A stretch of 63,892 nucleotides of DNA, filler included, from an uncultured Acidimicrobiia bacterium (GTDB lineage: Bacteria > Actinomycetota > Acidimicrobiia > Spongiisociales > JAOTWH01), in the NCBI GenBank assembly GCA_964347285.1. It is 4 parts of 4 records of this genome, joined end to end, with 100 filler letters (N's around TTAATTAATTAA, not from the genome) between each part and the next. Parts side by side here need not be neighbours in the genome. Positions count along the whole stretch, not along the records: positions 38,305 to 56,737 come from CAYFYE010000050.1; 3 more parts are not named here. The stretch is one strand, 5' to 3'. The position numbers and the translations under genes were made by a program. Under the pieces are notes generated by a model. The model was not told where the DNA came from. It did no database searches and worked only from the letters and a program-made list of their open reading frames with translations. This document shows, piece by piece, positions 46,422 to 55,673 of the stretch (positions are counted from its first letter, which is position 1; every line of letters begins with the position of its first letter).

Positions 46422-48890
46422 CTAGATCTTCGGGACCTTGAACCCGGACTTGGCGATCACGTGGTCGCGCCCTTCTTCGGCCGTCCGGCGCACCGAGGGC
46501 CAATCGACGTGCTGCAACTCGCCGTGGCGCTTCATGACCCGGCCGGCGATGAGCACGGTGTCGACGTTGCCGGTGTCCATCCCGGTCACCACGGCCGTGG
46601 CCGGGTCGTTGAGCGGGGTGACGTTCATCCGGTCGGTGCGCAGCAGGATGATGTCGGCGTGCTTTCCCGGGGTGAGGGTGCCCACCTTGGCGTCGAGGCC
46701 GTTGGCCTTGGCCCCGTCCCGGGTGGCCCACGCCAGCACGTCTTTGGCGGTCATCGGCGCCTTGCCCTGGGCGGCCGCCTGGGTGCGCTGCAGCGCCAGC
46801 ACCGAGCGCATCTGGTTGAACATGTCGTTGGGAACGTTGGTCTCCACGTCCACGCTGAGGCTGGGCGGCAGGCCCCGGTCCAGGAACTTCTGGATGGGGG
46901 GCATGCCGTGGCCCATCATCATCTCCACCGGCGAGGCCAGCGACACCGTGCCGCCGGTGTCGACGATCATCTGGATCTCGGTGTCGTTGAGGGTGGTGCA
47001 GTGGATGTAGGTGGTGTCCGGGCCCAGCAGCCCGGCCTCGCCGAAGGCCTGCACCTTGCCGTCGAGTCCGTACGTCCCCACCCCGACGTGGGTGGAGATG
47101 CGGGCATCGGCCTCCCGGGCCAGCTTCCAGTGGTCGCGGGTGACCTCGAAGTCGGTGAACTCGGGGCCGGGGGCGGCCAGCGCCAGGGTGAGCATCTGGT
47201 CCTTGGTGGAGAAGTGCTCGGTGGCGGCCCGCACGAACCAGCTGGGCTGGCGCTCCTCCCACTTGCCCCACCACGGGAACCCGTAGGCGAAGACGGCCCG
47301 CATGCCCGAGTCGTTCAGGGCCTGGATGACGGCATCGGTGTGCGCCGGCGAACCCTGGATGTGGGACCAGTCGAGCAGCGTGGTCACCCCGGCGTCGATG
47401 GCGCCCAGGGCCGACACCAGGTTGCCCACGTAGGCGTCCTCGGGCCGGAAGGCCGGTGCCAGCTTGTGGAGGACGAAGGAGATGTAGCTCGTTCGTCCCT
47501 CCAGGGGAACGTCGGTGCCGATGTTTCTGAGCAGGCCCTCCCAGATGTGGCGGTGGGTGTCGACGAACCCGGGCATCACGATCATGCCGGCGGCGTCGAT
47601 GACGTCGGCATCGGCCGCCTCCAGTTCCGGGCCCACCTCCACGATCTTCTCCCCGTCGATGAGCACGTCGCCGCCGACGACGTCGCCGATCTGCGGGTCG
47701 AGGCTCAACACGATCCCCCCCTTGATCAGGGTGCGGCCCGTGGGGGCCACCGAGAAGTCGGTCCCCTCGGGGTAGAAGGCGGGGATCTCGGCGCCCTCGG
47801 CCACCCGGCTCCCGAGGACCAGGCGGCGGGCCCGGCGGAAGTTGCGCTTCACCAGCTCCTTGAGGTCCCCCACCTGGAAGAGGATGATCCCGGCCAGCAC
47901 CAGCAGCCCGATGATCATCGAGCCGTCGTCGGGCGACAGGCCCAGGAACGGCAGCACGGTGATGATCAGGGCCAACAGAACCGCCGCCACCGTGCTCCCC
48001 ACGAACGTGGCCCGGCCCCCGGCCAGGGACGCCCCTCCCAGGACGGCGGCGGTGATGCTGTTGAGGGCGAAGGGAGTCCCGATCTGGGCATTGCCGATCG
48101 GAGAGCGGGCCATGACGAAGTACGAGGCCACCGCAGCCAGGCCCGCCGACAGCAGCAGCGCCCGCACCCGCACCCAGTTGGTACGGATCCCGCCCCGCTT
48201 CGCCGAGCGCTCGTCGAAGCCCACCGCCCGCAGCTCCAGGCCCGACCCGGAGGCGTGCAGCCACACGTCCAGCAGGCCGGCGCCGAGGACGATGAGGATG
48301 AAGGCGATGGGGATCGGTCCCCAGCGGGCGGTGAGGAACGACACCAGGTCGTCGCTGATGATCCCCTGGGCCGTCGGCCGCATGGTCAGCGAGATGCCGT
48401 CGAGGATGCTCAGCGTGGCCAGCGTGGCGATGAGCGACGGAATCTTGACGCCCCGCACCAGCCCGGCGTTGACCAGGCCCAGCCCGAGGCCGCAGCCGAG
48501 GATGGCCAGCAGACCGAGCAGGATCTGCCCGACGGAGGCGTCGGCGCCGATGAGGAACGAGCCGACTACGACGCCGAAGCTGATCATCGCTCCCACGGAG
48601 AGGTCGAGGTAGCCGACGAGGATGGCGTGGGTCTGCGCGATGGCGGCCAGCGCCAGCGGCATGGCCAGGATGAGAACGTTGGAGATGTTGGCCCGGTTGA
48701 TGAACCCGGGAAACCGGGCGTTGGTGTACCAGAGGAGGGCGAGGATCAGCAGCACCTGGAGCGCCACCGGCATCCACAGGCGCACCTTGACGATCTTGCG
48801 CCACTTGTTCTTGTCGCGGGCGTTGCGCAGGATCTTGCGGAGGAGCTGCCTCGCCTGATCGACGCGGGTAGAAGTGACCTCGGCGGTCAC
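46422..48890 (-). CDS. Fusion: CUT2 (RbsC-like) ABC permease plus metal-dependent amidohydrolase, 822 aa
   Basis: GTG 48890 overlaps ATPase stop; N-half LDLSVG, IPSLIATLA, RAVG, ITAAVLGGASLAGGR; C-half PGFVDTHRH, THVG, YIHCT, SVDVE, GTLTPGKHADII; no stop between. Confidence 0.9.
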   Translation of the reverse strand: MTAEVTSTRVDQARQLLRKILRNARDKNKWRKIVKVRLWMPVALQVLLILALLWYTNARFPGFINRANISNVLILAMPLALAAIAQTHAILVGYLDLSVGAMISFGVVVGSFLIGADASVGQILLGLLAILGCGLGLGLVNAGLVRGVKIPSLIATLATLSILDGISLTMRPTAQGIISDDLVSFLTARWGPIPIAFILIVLGAGLLDVWLHASGSGLELRAVGFDERSAKRGGIRTNWVRVRALLLSAGLAAVASYFVMARSPIGNAQIGTPFALNSITAAVLGGASLAGGRATFVGSTVAAVLLALIITVLPFLGLSPDDGSMIIGLLVLAGIILFQVGDLKELVKRNFRRARRLVLGSRVAEGAEIPAFYPEGTDFSVAPTGRTLIKGGIVLSLDPQIGDVVGGDVLIDGEKIVEVGPELEAADADVIDAAGMIVMPGFVDTHRHIWEGLLRNIGTDVPLEGRTSYISFVLHKLAPAFRPEDAYVGNLVSALGAIDAGVTTLLDWSHIQGSPAHTDAVIQALNDSGMRAVFAYGFPWWGKWEERQPSWFVRAATEHFSTKDQMLTLALAAPGPEFTDFEVTRDHWKLAREADARISTHVGVGTYGLDGKVQAFGEAGLLGPDTTYIHCTTLNDTEIQMIVDTGGTVSLASPVEMMMGHGMPPIQKFLDRGLPPSLSVDVETNVPNDMFNQMRSVLALQRTQAAAQGKAPMTAKDVLAWATRDGAKANGLDAKVGTLTPGKHADIILLRTDRMNVTPLNDPATAVVTGMDTGNVDTVLIAGRVMKRHGELQHVDWPSVRRTAEEGRDHVIAKSGFKVPKI

Positions 48891-50452
48891 GACGCCTCTT
48901 GGCTCGTCGGCGCCTTGGGCATGGCCACCCCCAGGGGCGACCGGGCCGCCTTCGACATCCCCGGCCCGCGCACGATGGCCTCGACGATGCGCACCTCGTC
49001 CAGCTCGTCTCCGGGGATCTCCTCGATGATCGTGCCCCGCGACATCACCAGCACCCGGTCGCACATCCCGGACAGCTCGATGGGATCGCTCGACTTGATC
49101 AGCAGGGCGGCCCCGGCGTCGACGCGAGCCCGCAGCGCCTTGTAGATGTCGAAGCGGGAGCCGATATCGACCCCCTGCGTCGGCTCGTAGGCCAGGATCA
49201 CCGACGGCTCCTTGAGGAACGACCGGGAGACCGAGACCTTCTGCTGGTTGCCGCCGGAGAGGAACTCGACCGGCTGGTCGAGCGACGGCGTGCGGATCTC
49301 CAGCTGCTCGACGAGGTTGCCGACCGCCGATCGCTCCGCCCGCCGCCGCAGCAGCCCCAGCCGGGAGAAGCTGCCGAGAGACTGGATGGTGGCGTTCACC
49401 TTGACGCCGAGGACGCCCATCAGCGCCTCGTGTTTGCGATCCCCGGGGAGCAGCATGATCCCGGCTCCCACCGCCTCGTGGGTGGAGATCAGGGTCAGCT
49501 CCTTGCCCTCGCACTCGACCCGGCCGGCCCGGGGAGGAACCCGGCCGGCCAAGCAGTCGAACAGCTCGGGCTGGCCGTTGCCCTCGGCGCCGGCGATGCC
49601 GACGATCTCGCCGCGGTGCAGTGTGAAGGTGACCGGCCCGAAGGCCTGCCCCTGGAGGGCGTCGACCACCAGCACCTCCTCGGCTTCCTCGGCCCGGAGG
49701 TTCGGGGGCGGGAAGGCCGCCTCGAAGGGGCGACCGACGATGCGCTCCACCAGCTCCGGCTCGGTCGTCGTCTTGGCGTCGAAGGTCCCCTGATCTTGCC
49801 CGTCACGGAGCACCGTGATGCGATCCGCCACCTCCAGCACTTCGGGAAGGCGATGACTGACGTAGACCACGCCGACGCCGCGGTCGCGGCAGGCGACGAC
49901 GGTGCGGTGCAGGGCCTCGACCTCGTCGGGGCCCAGGGCGGTGGTGGGCTCGTCGAGCAGCAGCACCTTGGGATGGGTCACCAGGGCTTTCGCCACCTCG
50001 AACAGCTGGCGCTCCGCCATGGTGAGGAACCCGGCCGGGGCGTCGGGGAACAGCTCGAGGTCGAGGTCGAACTCGGCGAGCACGCGCCGCGCCCACCTCT
50101 TCCTGCGCCAGAACGGCGGCCGCTGCTCCGGCGGGGCGGCGTAATACAGGTTGTTCTTCACCGGCTCCGCCTTGACCGACGAGCCGTCCTGATACGCCAT
50201 GGCCAGGCCCAGCTTGCGGGCCAACGCCGGCGAGTCCCGCCGCAGGGGCTTGCCCCCGATCCGGACGGTGCCCCGATCGGGGTCGACGAAACCCGAGGCA
50301 ATCCCGAGGAGCGTCGACTTCCCCGAGCCGTTCTCGCCGACGAGGGCATGGACCTCTCCGGCGCGGCAGTCGAAGCTGACGTTGCTCAGCGCCCGCACCG
50401 CCCCGAACTGGCGGGACACGCCCTCCATCTCGAGGACCAGCTCGCCGGTCAT
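48887..50452 (-). CDS. CUT2 sugar/nucleoside ABC ATPase (two fused NBDs, RbsA-like)
   Basis: GENGSGKST, LLDEPT, LSGGNQQKV. Confidence 0.93.
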   Translation of the reverse strand: MTGELVLEMEGVSRQFGAVRALSNVSFDCRAGEVHALVGENGSGKSTLLGIASGFVDPDRGTVRIGGKPLRRDSPALARKLGLAMAYQDGSSVKAEPVKNNLYYAAPPEQRPPFWRRKRWARRVLAEFDLDLELFPDAPAGFLTMAERQLFEVAKALVTHPKVLLLDEPTTALGPDEVEALHRTVVACRDRGVGVVYVSHRLPEVLEVADRITVLRDGQDQGTFDAKTTTEPELVERIVGRPFEAAFPPPNLRAEEAEEVLVVDALQGQAFGPVTFTLHRGEIVGIAGAEGNGQPELFDCLAGRVPPRAGRVECEGKELTLISTHEAVGAGIMLLPGDRKHEALMGVLGVKVNATIQSLGSFSRLGLLRRRAERSAVGNLVEQLEIRTPSLDQPVEFLSGGNQQKVSVSRSFLKEPSVILAYEPTQGVDIGSRFDIYKALRARVDAGAALLIKSSDPIELSGMCDRVLVMSRGTIIEEIPGDELDEVRIVEAIVRGPGMSKAARSPLGVAMPKAPTSQEAS

Positions 50453-50477
50453 CGACGCTCCTCCAGGATGGCCTTCT

Positions 50478-51872
50478 CTACCCGCCGTACATGGCCTGCA
50501 GGGCGGCGTCCGGCGCCAGCGAGGTGCCGGAGACGACCGGGTTGACTCGATCCGGGTCGCAGTCGGCCTCGGTCACCTGACGCATCACGTGGGGCACCAC
50601 GATCTCACCGGGCACATCGGCGCCATTGAGCGCCAGCATCGCCGCGGTGACCGCGGTGCGCGACTGGAAGTTGCCGCCGGCCGAGTACCAGATGTTGTAC
50701 GTCGGCTCGCCGCGCTCCGCCCAGTCGCAGAACAGCGTTTGCTCGTCGGTGCGCAGGGCCACGGTGAGGTTTTCGACCGGGATACCCAGCTCGTCGTACG
50801 CCTGCAGGGCGGTGAAGAGCCCGTCGGAGTACTCGTAGACCCACCCGGCGATCTCGGGGTTGGTGGTCAGCAGGCCACGAACCGCGTCGAGGGCAAAGGT
50901 GTTCACCCAGAACGTATCGCCGGTGGTCGAGTTCTCGTCGGCCGGCGGGTTGACCAGCTCGACGCCATCGGCGAGGGCGCCGACCGTGCACTGCTGCCAG
51001 CCGAGCGTCAGGGCGTTGCCCGGCGTGCCGCCGAGCATCCCGATCTCACCGGCGCCGACCCCTTCGTTCAACACCTGCGCAAAGCTCTGGCCGAGGGCGC
51101 ACAGGTCCTCGCCCACCACGCCGGTGTAGTCCTCTCCGGGAATGAGGGCGCCCTCCTGGCCGGGCAGTCCCACGTAGCCGGCAGAGAACGAGACGTACGG
51201 AATGCCCGCCTCTTCCGCCTCGGAGATGGCCTGGGCGAGGGCCACGCCCATGTCCGGATAGCCGACGATGAAGTCGACACCGCGCTGGATCAGGAACCGG
51301 ATGTCGTTGGCGTGGACCGCCGGATCCTGGTCGAAGTTGGCCGCCGTGGAGACGATGGCCCCGATCTCGGGATAGGTGAGCGCCTGGAGGATGGCCTCCA
51401 TGTGGCTCACCCCGCGCCAGACGTTGACCGTGTCCCCGCCGCCGTCGGCATAGCCCATCACGATGTCGCCACCGGTGCCGGTGTCGCACTCCTGGTTGCT
51501 CCAGCACTCCATCGCCTTGTCCAGGGTGGCCTGGTCGGGGCTCTGGTCGGCACGAGCGATCGACGCCAGCACGATGTTCCAGCTGGCCTCGTCCGACGGC
51601 TCCACCGGGCCCAGGGCCTTCGTCACCAGCGCCGGGTCCGCCGCCGACGGGTCCTCGCCGAACTCGGCGAGCGGGCCGTCGCCGGTGGGAGCCGCCGTCG
51701 TCTCGGTGGGCGCCGCCGTCGTCGTCGCCGTCGGCGCCGCGGCGGTCGTCTCCGTGGGCGCCGCCGTCGTCTCCGTGGGCGCGGCGGCGGTCGTGTCGGC
51801 GGCGTCGGTGTCGCCGCAGGCGGCCGCCACCATCGCCAGCACGGCGATGAGGCCGATGATCGTTCTCTTCAT
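50478..51872 (-). CDS. ABC substrate-binding lipoprotein (Peripla_BP_4-like) with Thr/Ala/Pro linker
   Basis: Lipobox VAAAC; IRFLIQRGVDFIVGYPD, AEEAGIPYV, GGTPGN; within ABC operon. Confidence 0.85.
   Translation of the reverse strand: MKRTIIGLIAVLAMVAAACGDTDAADTTAAAPTETTAAPTETTAAAPTATTTAAPTETTAAPTGDGPLAEFGEDPSAADPALVTKALGPVEPSDEASWNIVLASIARADQSPDQATLDKAMECWSNQECDTGTGGDIVMGYADGGGDTVNVWRGVSHMEAILQALTYPEIGAIVSTAANFDQDPAVHANDIRFLIQRGVDFIVGYPDMGVALAQAISEAEEAGIPYVSFSAGYVGLPGQEGALIPGEDYTGVVGEDLCALGQSFAQVLNEGVGAGEIGMLGGTPGNALTLGWQQCTVGALADGVELVNPPADENSTTGDTFWVNTFALDAVRGLLTTNPEIAGWVYEYSDGLFTALQAYDELGIPVENLTVALRTDEQTLFCDWAERGEPTYNIWYSAGGNFQSRTAVTAAMLALNGADVPGEIVVPHVMRQVTEADCDPDRVNPVVSGTSLAPDAALQAMYGG
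51690..51800 (-). repeat. Imperfect coding tandem repeat (TTAA(A)PTE) in the SBP tether
   Basis: TTAAAPTE TTAAPTE TTAAAPTA TTTAAPTE TTAAPT. Confidence 0.8.
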
Positions 51873-51951
51873 GTCCTTCCTCCTAGGGGCCCCACCGGGC
51901 CGTCGTGTCGTGGTGTCCTTGCCAGCTCATGAGGGTTCTATGTCTCCTTTC

Positions 51952-52998
51952 TCAACCAATGTCGCCGATCGTCGTTTCTCCCTCTCTCGTGCCATTCGGT
52001 CGTCGTCGTTCGCGGAACAGCCGCTCCACGCCTTTGATGATCCGATCGCCCGAAACCAGCATCCCGCCGATGATCACCAGCCCGAACACCACGAACTGGA
52101 GGGCGGTGGCCAGGCCCAGCGAGCGCATCATCTGGTTGAGGCCGGTGAGGAAGAAGGCGGCCGCCAGGGTGGACAGGGGGCTGGCCAAGCCGCCGGTCAG
52201 CGACGCTCCCCCGATGACCACGGCGGCGATCGGGCCCAGCAGGTAGGGCGCCCCGATGTTGACCCCTGGGTTGCGCAGCAGCCCGGCCAGCGCCGCCCCG
52301 GCGACGGCGTAGAGGACGGCCGCCACCACGTAGACGAGGATCTGGTTCATCGTCACCCGCACCCCCACCACCTGCGAGGACACCGGGTTGGCCCCCACCA
52401 CCTGGAACCGCCGGCCGACGGAGGTGTAGCGGAGAGCGACGATGATGACCAAGGTGACGCCGAGCCCGATCCAGAAGATCGGGCTGACGCCGAGGATCTT
52501 GGTCGCCGTCCAGTCGGACAATCCGGTGGGGACCGCGCTCTGCACGGGGAAGGTGCGCACGTAGCGGCTCACGATCCCGACCACCACCTGGCCCATGGCC
52601 AGCGTGACGATCAGGGCGTTCAGCTTGATGCCGCCGATCAGGATCCCGTTGACCAGCCCGATGAGGGCGGCCACCCCGACGGCGGTGAGGAAGGCAATGA
52701 GAATGCGGTCGTCGGACTGCTCGCCCACCCCCGCCATGATCATGGCCGCCAGCGTCAGGGTGCCCGGCGTGCTCAGGTCGATGCCCCCGGTCATGATCAC
52801 CAGCATCTGGCCGAGCGCGGTGATCCCGAGCAGTGCCCCGAACGGGGCGATGGCCGACAACGCAGGGCCGCTCAGGGTCTCCGGGACCCAGATCGCCGCT
52901 ACCACGACGAGGAGGATCAGCGCCAGGTAGACCGGCATGTAGCGCGAGGCGACGACGAAGGAGGTCAGGGCCGAGGAAGGCGCGGTGCGGGCCGTCAT
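51952..52998 (-). CDS. CUT2 ABC permease
   Basis: TGGIDLS, GRRFQVVGAN, IAAVVIGGASLTGG. Confidence 0.92.
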   Translation of the reverse strand: MTARTAPSSALTSFVVASRYMPVYLALILLVVVAAIWVPETLSGPALSAIAPFGALLGITALGQMLVIMTGGIDLSTPGTLTLAAMIMAGVGEQSDDRILIAFLTAVGVAALIGLVNGILIGGIKLNALIVTLAMGQVVVGIVSRYVRTFPVQSAVPTGLSDWTATKILGVSPIFWIGLGVTLVIIVALRYTSVGRRFQVVGANPVSSQVVGVRVTMNQILVYVVAAVLYAVAGAALAGLLRNPGVNIGAPYLLGPIAAVVIGGASLTGGLASPLSTLAAAFFLTGLNQMMRSLGLATALQFVVFGLVIIGGMLVSGDRIIKGVERLFRERRRPNGTREGETTIGDIG

Positions 52999-54305
52999 GC
53001 CCGCTCTGCTCCCGTCTCGGCGAGGAGTCCGGCGGCGGCGGCGACCCGGCGCTGCGCCCCCACCGCCAGGTCCCGGGCGGCGGCGACGTCGGCGGTGAGC
53101 TCGCCGTCCCGCACCAGGGCGTTACCGCCGACGAAGACCCAGTCGATGTTCGACGTGTCCATGCCCCACACCACGGCGCCGATGGGGTCGTTGACCGGGG
53201 CGATGTTGGGCCGGTCGGTGCGCAGCACGACCACGTCGGCCCGCTTGCCCGGGCTGAGCGAGCCGGTGACGTCCCCGAGGCCGGCGGCTCGGGCCCCGTC
53301 GATGGTGCCGTACCGGATCACGTCACGGGTGCTGAGCAGGTTGGGGACCCCGCCCTTGCCGGCCAGCTTCAAGTCGAAGAGGGTGGCGTGCTGCACGGAG
53401 TTGGCCGCCCGCATCTGGGCGAACATGTCCCCGGGCGCCTCCATCTCGCTGCCGACGCCGAGGCCGGGGCGAATGCCCCGGTCGATGAACGCCTGCAGCG
53501 GAGGCGGCCCCAACCCGTCGGTCATCTCCGCCGAGGGGGTGAGCGACACCATCGCCTTGGCGGACTGGATGGCGTCGAGGTCCCGATCGTCGAGGTTGGT
53601 GCAGTGGACCAGGGTCACGTCCTCGCCCAGCAGCCCGGCTTCGCCGAGCGCGGCGACGACGCCCCGGGAGCCCGGGTCGGCGCCGGCGTGGCTGTGGATG
53701 CGCAGCCCTGCGCCGCGCCCCATGGCCCACTCCGCCGCGGCGGCGTCGAGGTCGTCGGGTCGGGGATCCCTGGGCCCGAAGGCAAAGGTGAGGTTGGGGC
53801 CGTGGTCGCCTCCCACGAGGGCCCCCAGGGCGGCGGCATCCCGGACGCCTCCGTCCCACTCCGCCGCGGCCACCACGAAGATGCTGCGCAGCCCGGCGTC
53901 GGCGTGGGCCTGGAGGGCCGCCTCGACGAAGGGCGCCTCCAGGGGAATGTCGGCCCAGTCGACGACGGTGGTGATGCCCGCCTCCACCGCCCCCAGCAGC
54001 CCCACCAGGGTGGCCGCGTAGACGTGCTCGGGCGCGTAGTGGCGCCCGACGGTCGCCGGCGAGATCGGCGATGGCCCCCGGCCGATGTTGCGGAACAGCG
54101 AGTGCCAGGCGTGGCGGTGGGTGTCGACGAACCCGGGCATGACGATGGCCTCGGCGGCATCGACGACCTCGGCGCCGCGGGCCCGGAGCGACGTGCCCAC
54201 CTCGGTGACCACGCCGTCCTCGATGAGGACATCGGCGCCCACCGTGTTGCCCACGGCGCGGTCGAGCGACAGCACCGTGCCGCCGGTGAGGAGCACCTTG
54301 CTCAC
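52995..54305 (-). CDS. Amidohydrolase family protein (MtaD/AtzA-like), paralog of the fused domain
   Basis: PGFVDTHRH, IHSHAG, LVHCT, GSLSPGKRADVV; beta-8 Asp replaced (GVGSE). Confidence 0.9.
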   Translation of the reverse strand: MSKVLLTGGTVLSLDRAVGNTVGADVLIEDGVVTEVGTSLRARGAEVVDAAEAIVMPGFVDTHRHAWHSLFRNIGRGPSPISPATVGRHYAPEHVYAATLVGLLGAVEAGITTVVDWADIPLEAPFVEAALQAHADAGLRSIFVVAAAEWDGGVRDAAALGALVGGDHGPNLTFAFGPRDPRPDDLDAAAAEWAMGRGAGLRIHSHAGADPGSRGVVAALGEAGLLGEDVTLVHCTNLDDRDLDAIQSAKAMVSLTPSAEMTDGLGPPPLQAFIDRGIRPGLGVGSEMEAPGDMFAQMRAANSVQHATLFDLKLAGKGGVPNLLSTRDVIRYGTIDGARAAGLGDVTGSLSPGKRADVVVLRTDRPNIAPVNDPIGAVVWGMDTSNIDWVFVGGNALVRDGELTADVAAARDLAVGAQRRVAAAAGLLAETGAERA

Positions 54306-54430
54306 GTCACCATGCCCATCGACTGGACGACGGTCTCGGAGATGCGGTCGAGCGACCGAAGGGCCGGCTCCTCGGGGACCCGCAGCCGCAGCTCACGCGG
54401 CGAAGAGTGGCACGGGGGGTCAGTAGGCAT
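54302..54430 (-). CDS. Possible 42-aa bridging ORF
   Basis: MPTDPPCHSSPRELRLRVPEEPALRSLDRISETVVQSMGMVT; overlaps M24 3' end, and its TGA overlaps the next GTG. Confidence 0.35.
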   Translation of the reverse strand: MPTDPPCHSSPRELRLRVPEEPALRSLDRISETVVQSMGMVT

Positions 54431-55673
54431 TGGCCACCATCAGCTCCTCGCACGGGAAGAGGGTGATGACCTTGGCGCCGTCGGCGGTGACGACCACCTC
54501 CTCCTCGATGCGGGCGGCGGATCGGCCGTCTGCGGCCGGCGCGTAGGTTTCAAGGGCGAAGACCATCCCCTCCTTGATCTCCACCGGCGTCTCGAGCGAA
54601 TTCAGGCGGCTGATGATCGGCCGCTCGTGCAGCCCGACCCCCACCCCGTGCCCGAACTGGAGGCCGAAGGCGTCCATCTCGTCCTCGAAGCCGAACTCCT
54701 CGGCACGGGGCCAGACCTTGGCGATCTGGTCGGTGGTCACCCCCGGCTTGACCAACTCGATGGCGGCGTCCATCCACTCCCGCGACTGCTTGAAGGCGTC
54801 ACGCTGGGCCTGGGTGGCGCGCCCGACGACGAAGGTCCGGTAGTAGCAGGTCCGGTAGCCGTTGAAGGCGTGGATGATGTCGAAGTACGCCTGGTCGCCG
54901 GGCCGGATGATCCGGTCGCTGAACACGTGGGGGTGGGGGCTGCAGCGCTCCCCGGCGATCGAGTTGATCGCCTCGACGAACTCCGAGCCCATCTCGAACA
55001 GCCGGGCATGGGCCATGCCCACGATGTCCGACTCGCGCACTCCGGGCTTGAGCATCTCGAAGATGTCCTGATAGACGCCGTCGACCATGGCGCACGCCTG
55101 GGTGAGGAGGACGATCTCGTCCTCGCTCTTGATCTCGCGGGCCCGCATCATGGCCTGCTGCCCGTCGACCACCGAGAGCCCGGCGGCCTGCAGGGCGAGC
55201 AGCACCGCCGTCTCCGCCATGTCGACCCCGAGCTGCTCCCCGGCCACGCCGGCGTCCTCGAGGGCTTCTTTGATCTCGCGGGCCGCACGGTCGTGGAGTC
55301 CGGTCTCCGGCCCGATCGCCCCCTGGAGGCCGGTGTTGCCCCCGACCGAGTTCTCCTTGTCGTACAGGTGGGGAAGCTGGAGGCGATGCGCCTTGGCCGC
55401 CGAGCCGAAGTCCCAGATCTTGGGCCGGCCCTCCTTGGTGACCAGGGCCCAGCGCTCCCCCTTGTTGAAGGCCCAGTAACCGATCTGGGTGGCCGTGGCG
55501 TAGCGGATGTTCGACGTCTCGAACAGCAGCACCGCTCCCAGATCGAACTCGTCGAGCATCTTCCGCACCCGCTCCAGGCGATGCCGGCGCAGCCGCTCGA
55601 AGTCGACCCGATGCTCCCAGTCCACGGCCATCACGCCGGGGGCGGGACTCGTTGCCACCGGGAATTCGTTCAT
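54420..55673 (-). CDS. M24 (Xaa-Pro peptidase/creatinase/ectoine hydrolase-like) family hydrolase
   Basis: NIRYAT, AREIKSEDEI, GYRTCYYRT, GHGVGVGLHERP, FALET, ARIEE. Confidence 0.88.
   Translation of the reverse strand: MNEFPVATSPAPGVMAVDWEHRVDFERLRRHRLERVRKMLDEFDLGAVLLFETSNIRYATATQIGYWAFNKGERWALVTKEGRPKIWDFGSAAKAHRLQLPHLYDKENSVGGNTGLQGAIGPETGLHDRAAREIKEALEDAGVAGEQLGVDMAETAVLLALQAAGLSVVDGQQAMMRAREIKSEDEIVLLTQACAMVDGVYQDIFEMLKPGVRESDIVGMAHARLFEMGSEFVEAINSIAGERCSPHPHVFSDRIIRPGDQAYFDIIHAFNGYRTCYYRTFVVGRATQAQRDAFKQSREWMDAAIELVKPGVTTDQIAKVWPRAEEFGFEDEMDAFGLQFGHGVGVGLHERPIISRLNSLETPVEIKEGMVFALETYAPAADGRSAARIEEEVVVTADGAKVITLFPCEELMVANAY

Noticed and set aside
45585..49145. 1186-aa plus-strand ORF (also 51463-54021, 52833-55760, 60352-63420, 7638-9227 and similar)
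   Set aside because: Antisense shadows of well-supported genes, expected at high GC3; no recognisable motifs
48891..49514. N-terminal 208 aa of the 1030-aa ORF as a third fused domain
   Set aside because: Out-of-frame overlap with the ATPase; GTG 48890 coupled to the ATPase stop is the sensible start
51690..51800. Tandem repeat as CRISPR or VNTR-like element
   Set aside because: In-frame low-complexity Thr/Ala/Pro lipoprotein tether with no spacers
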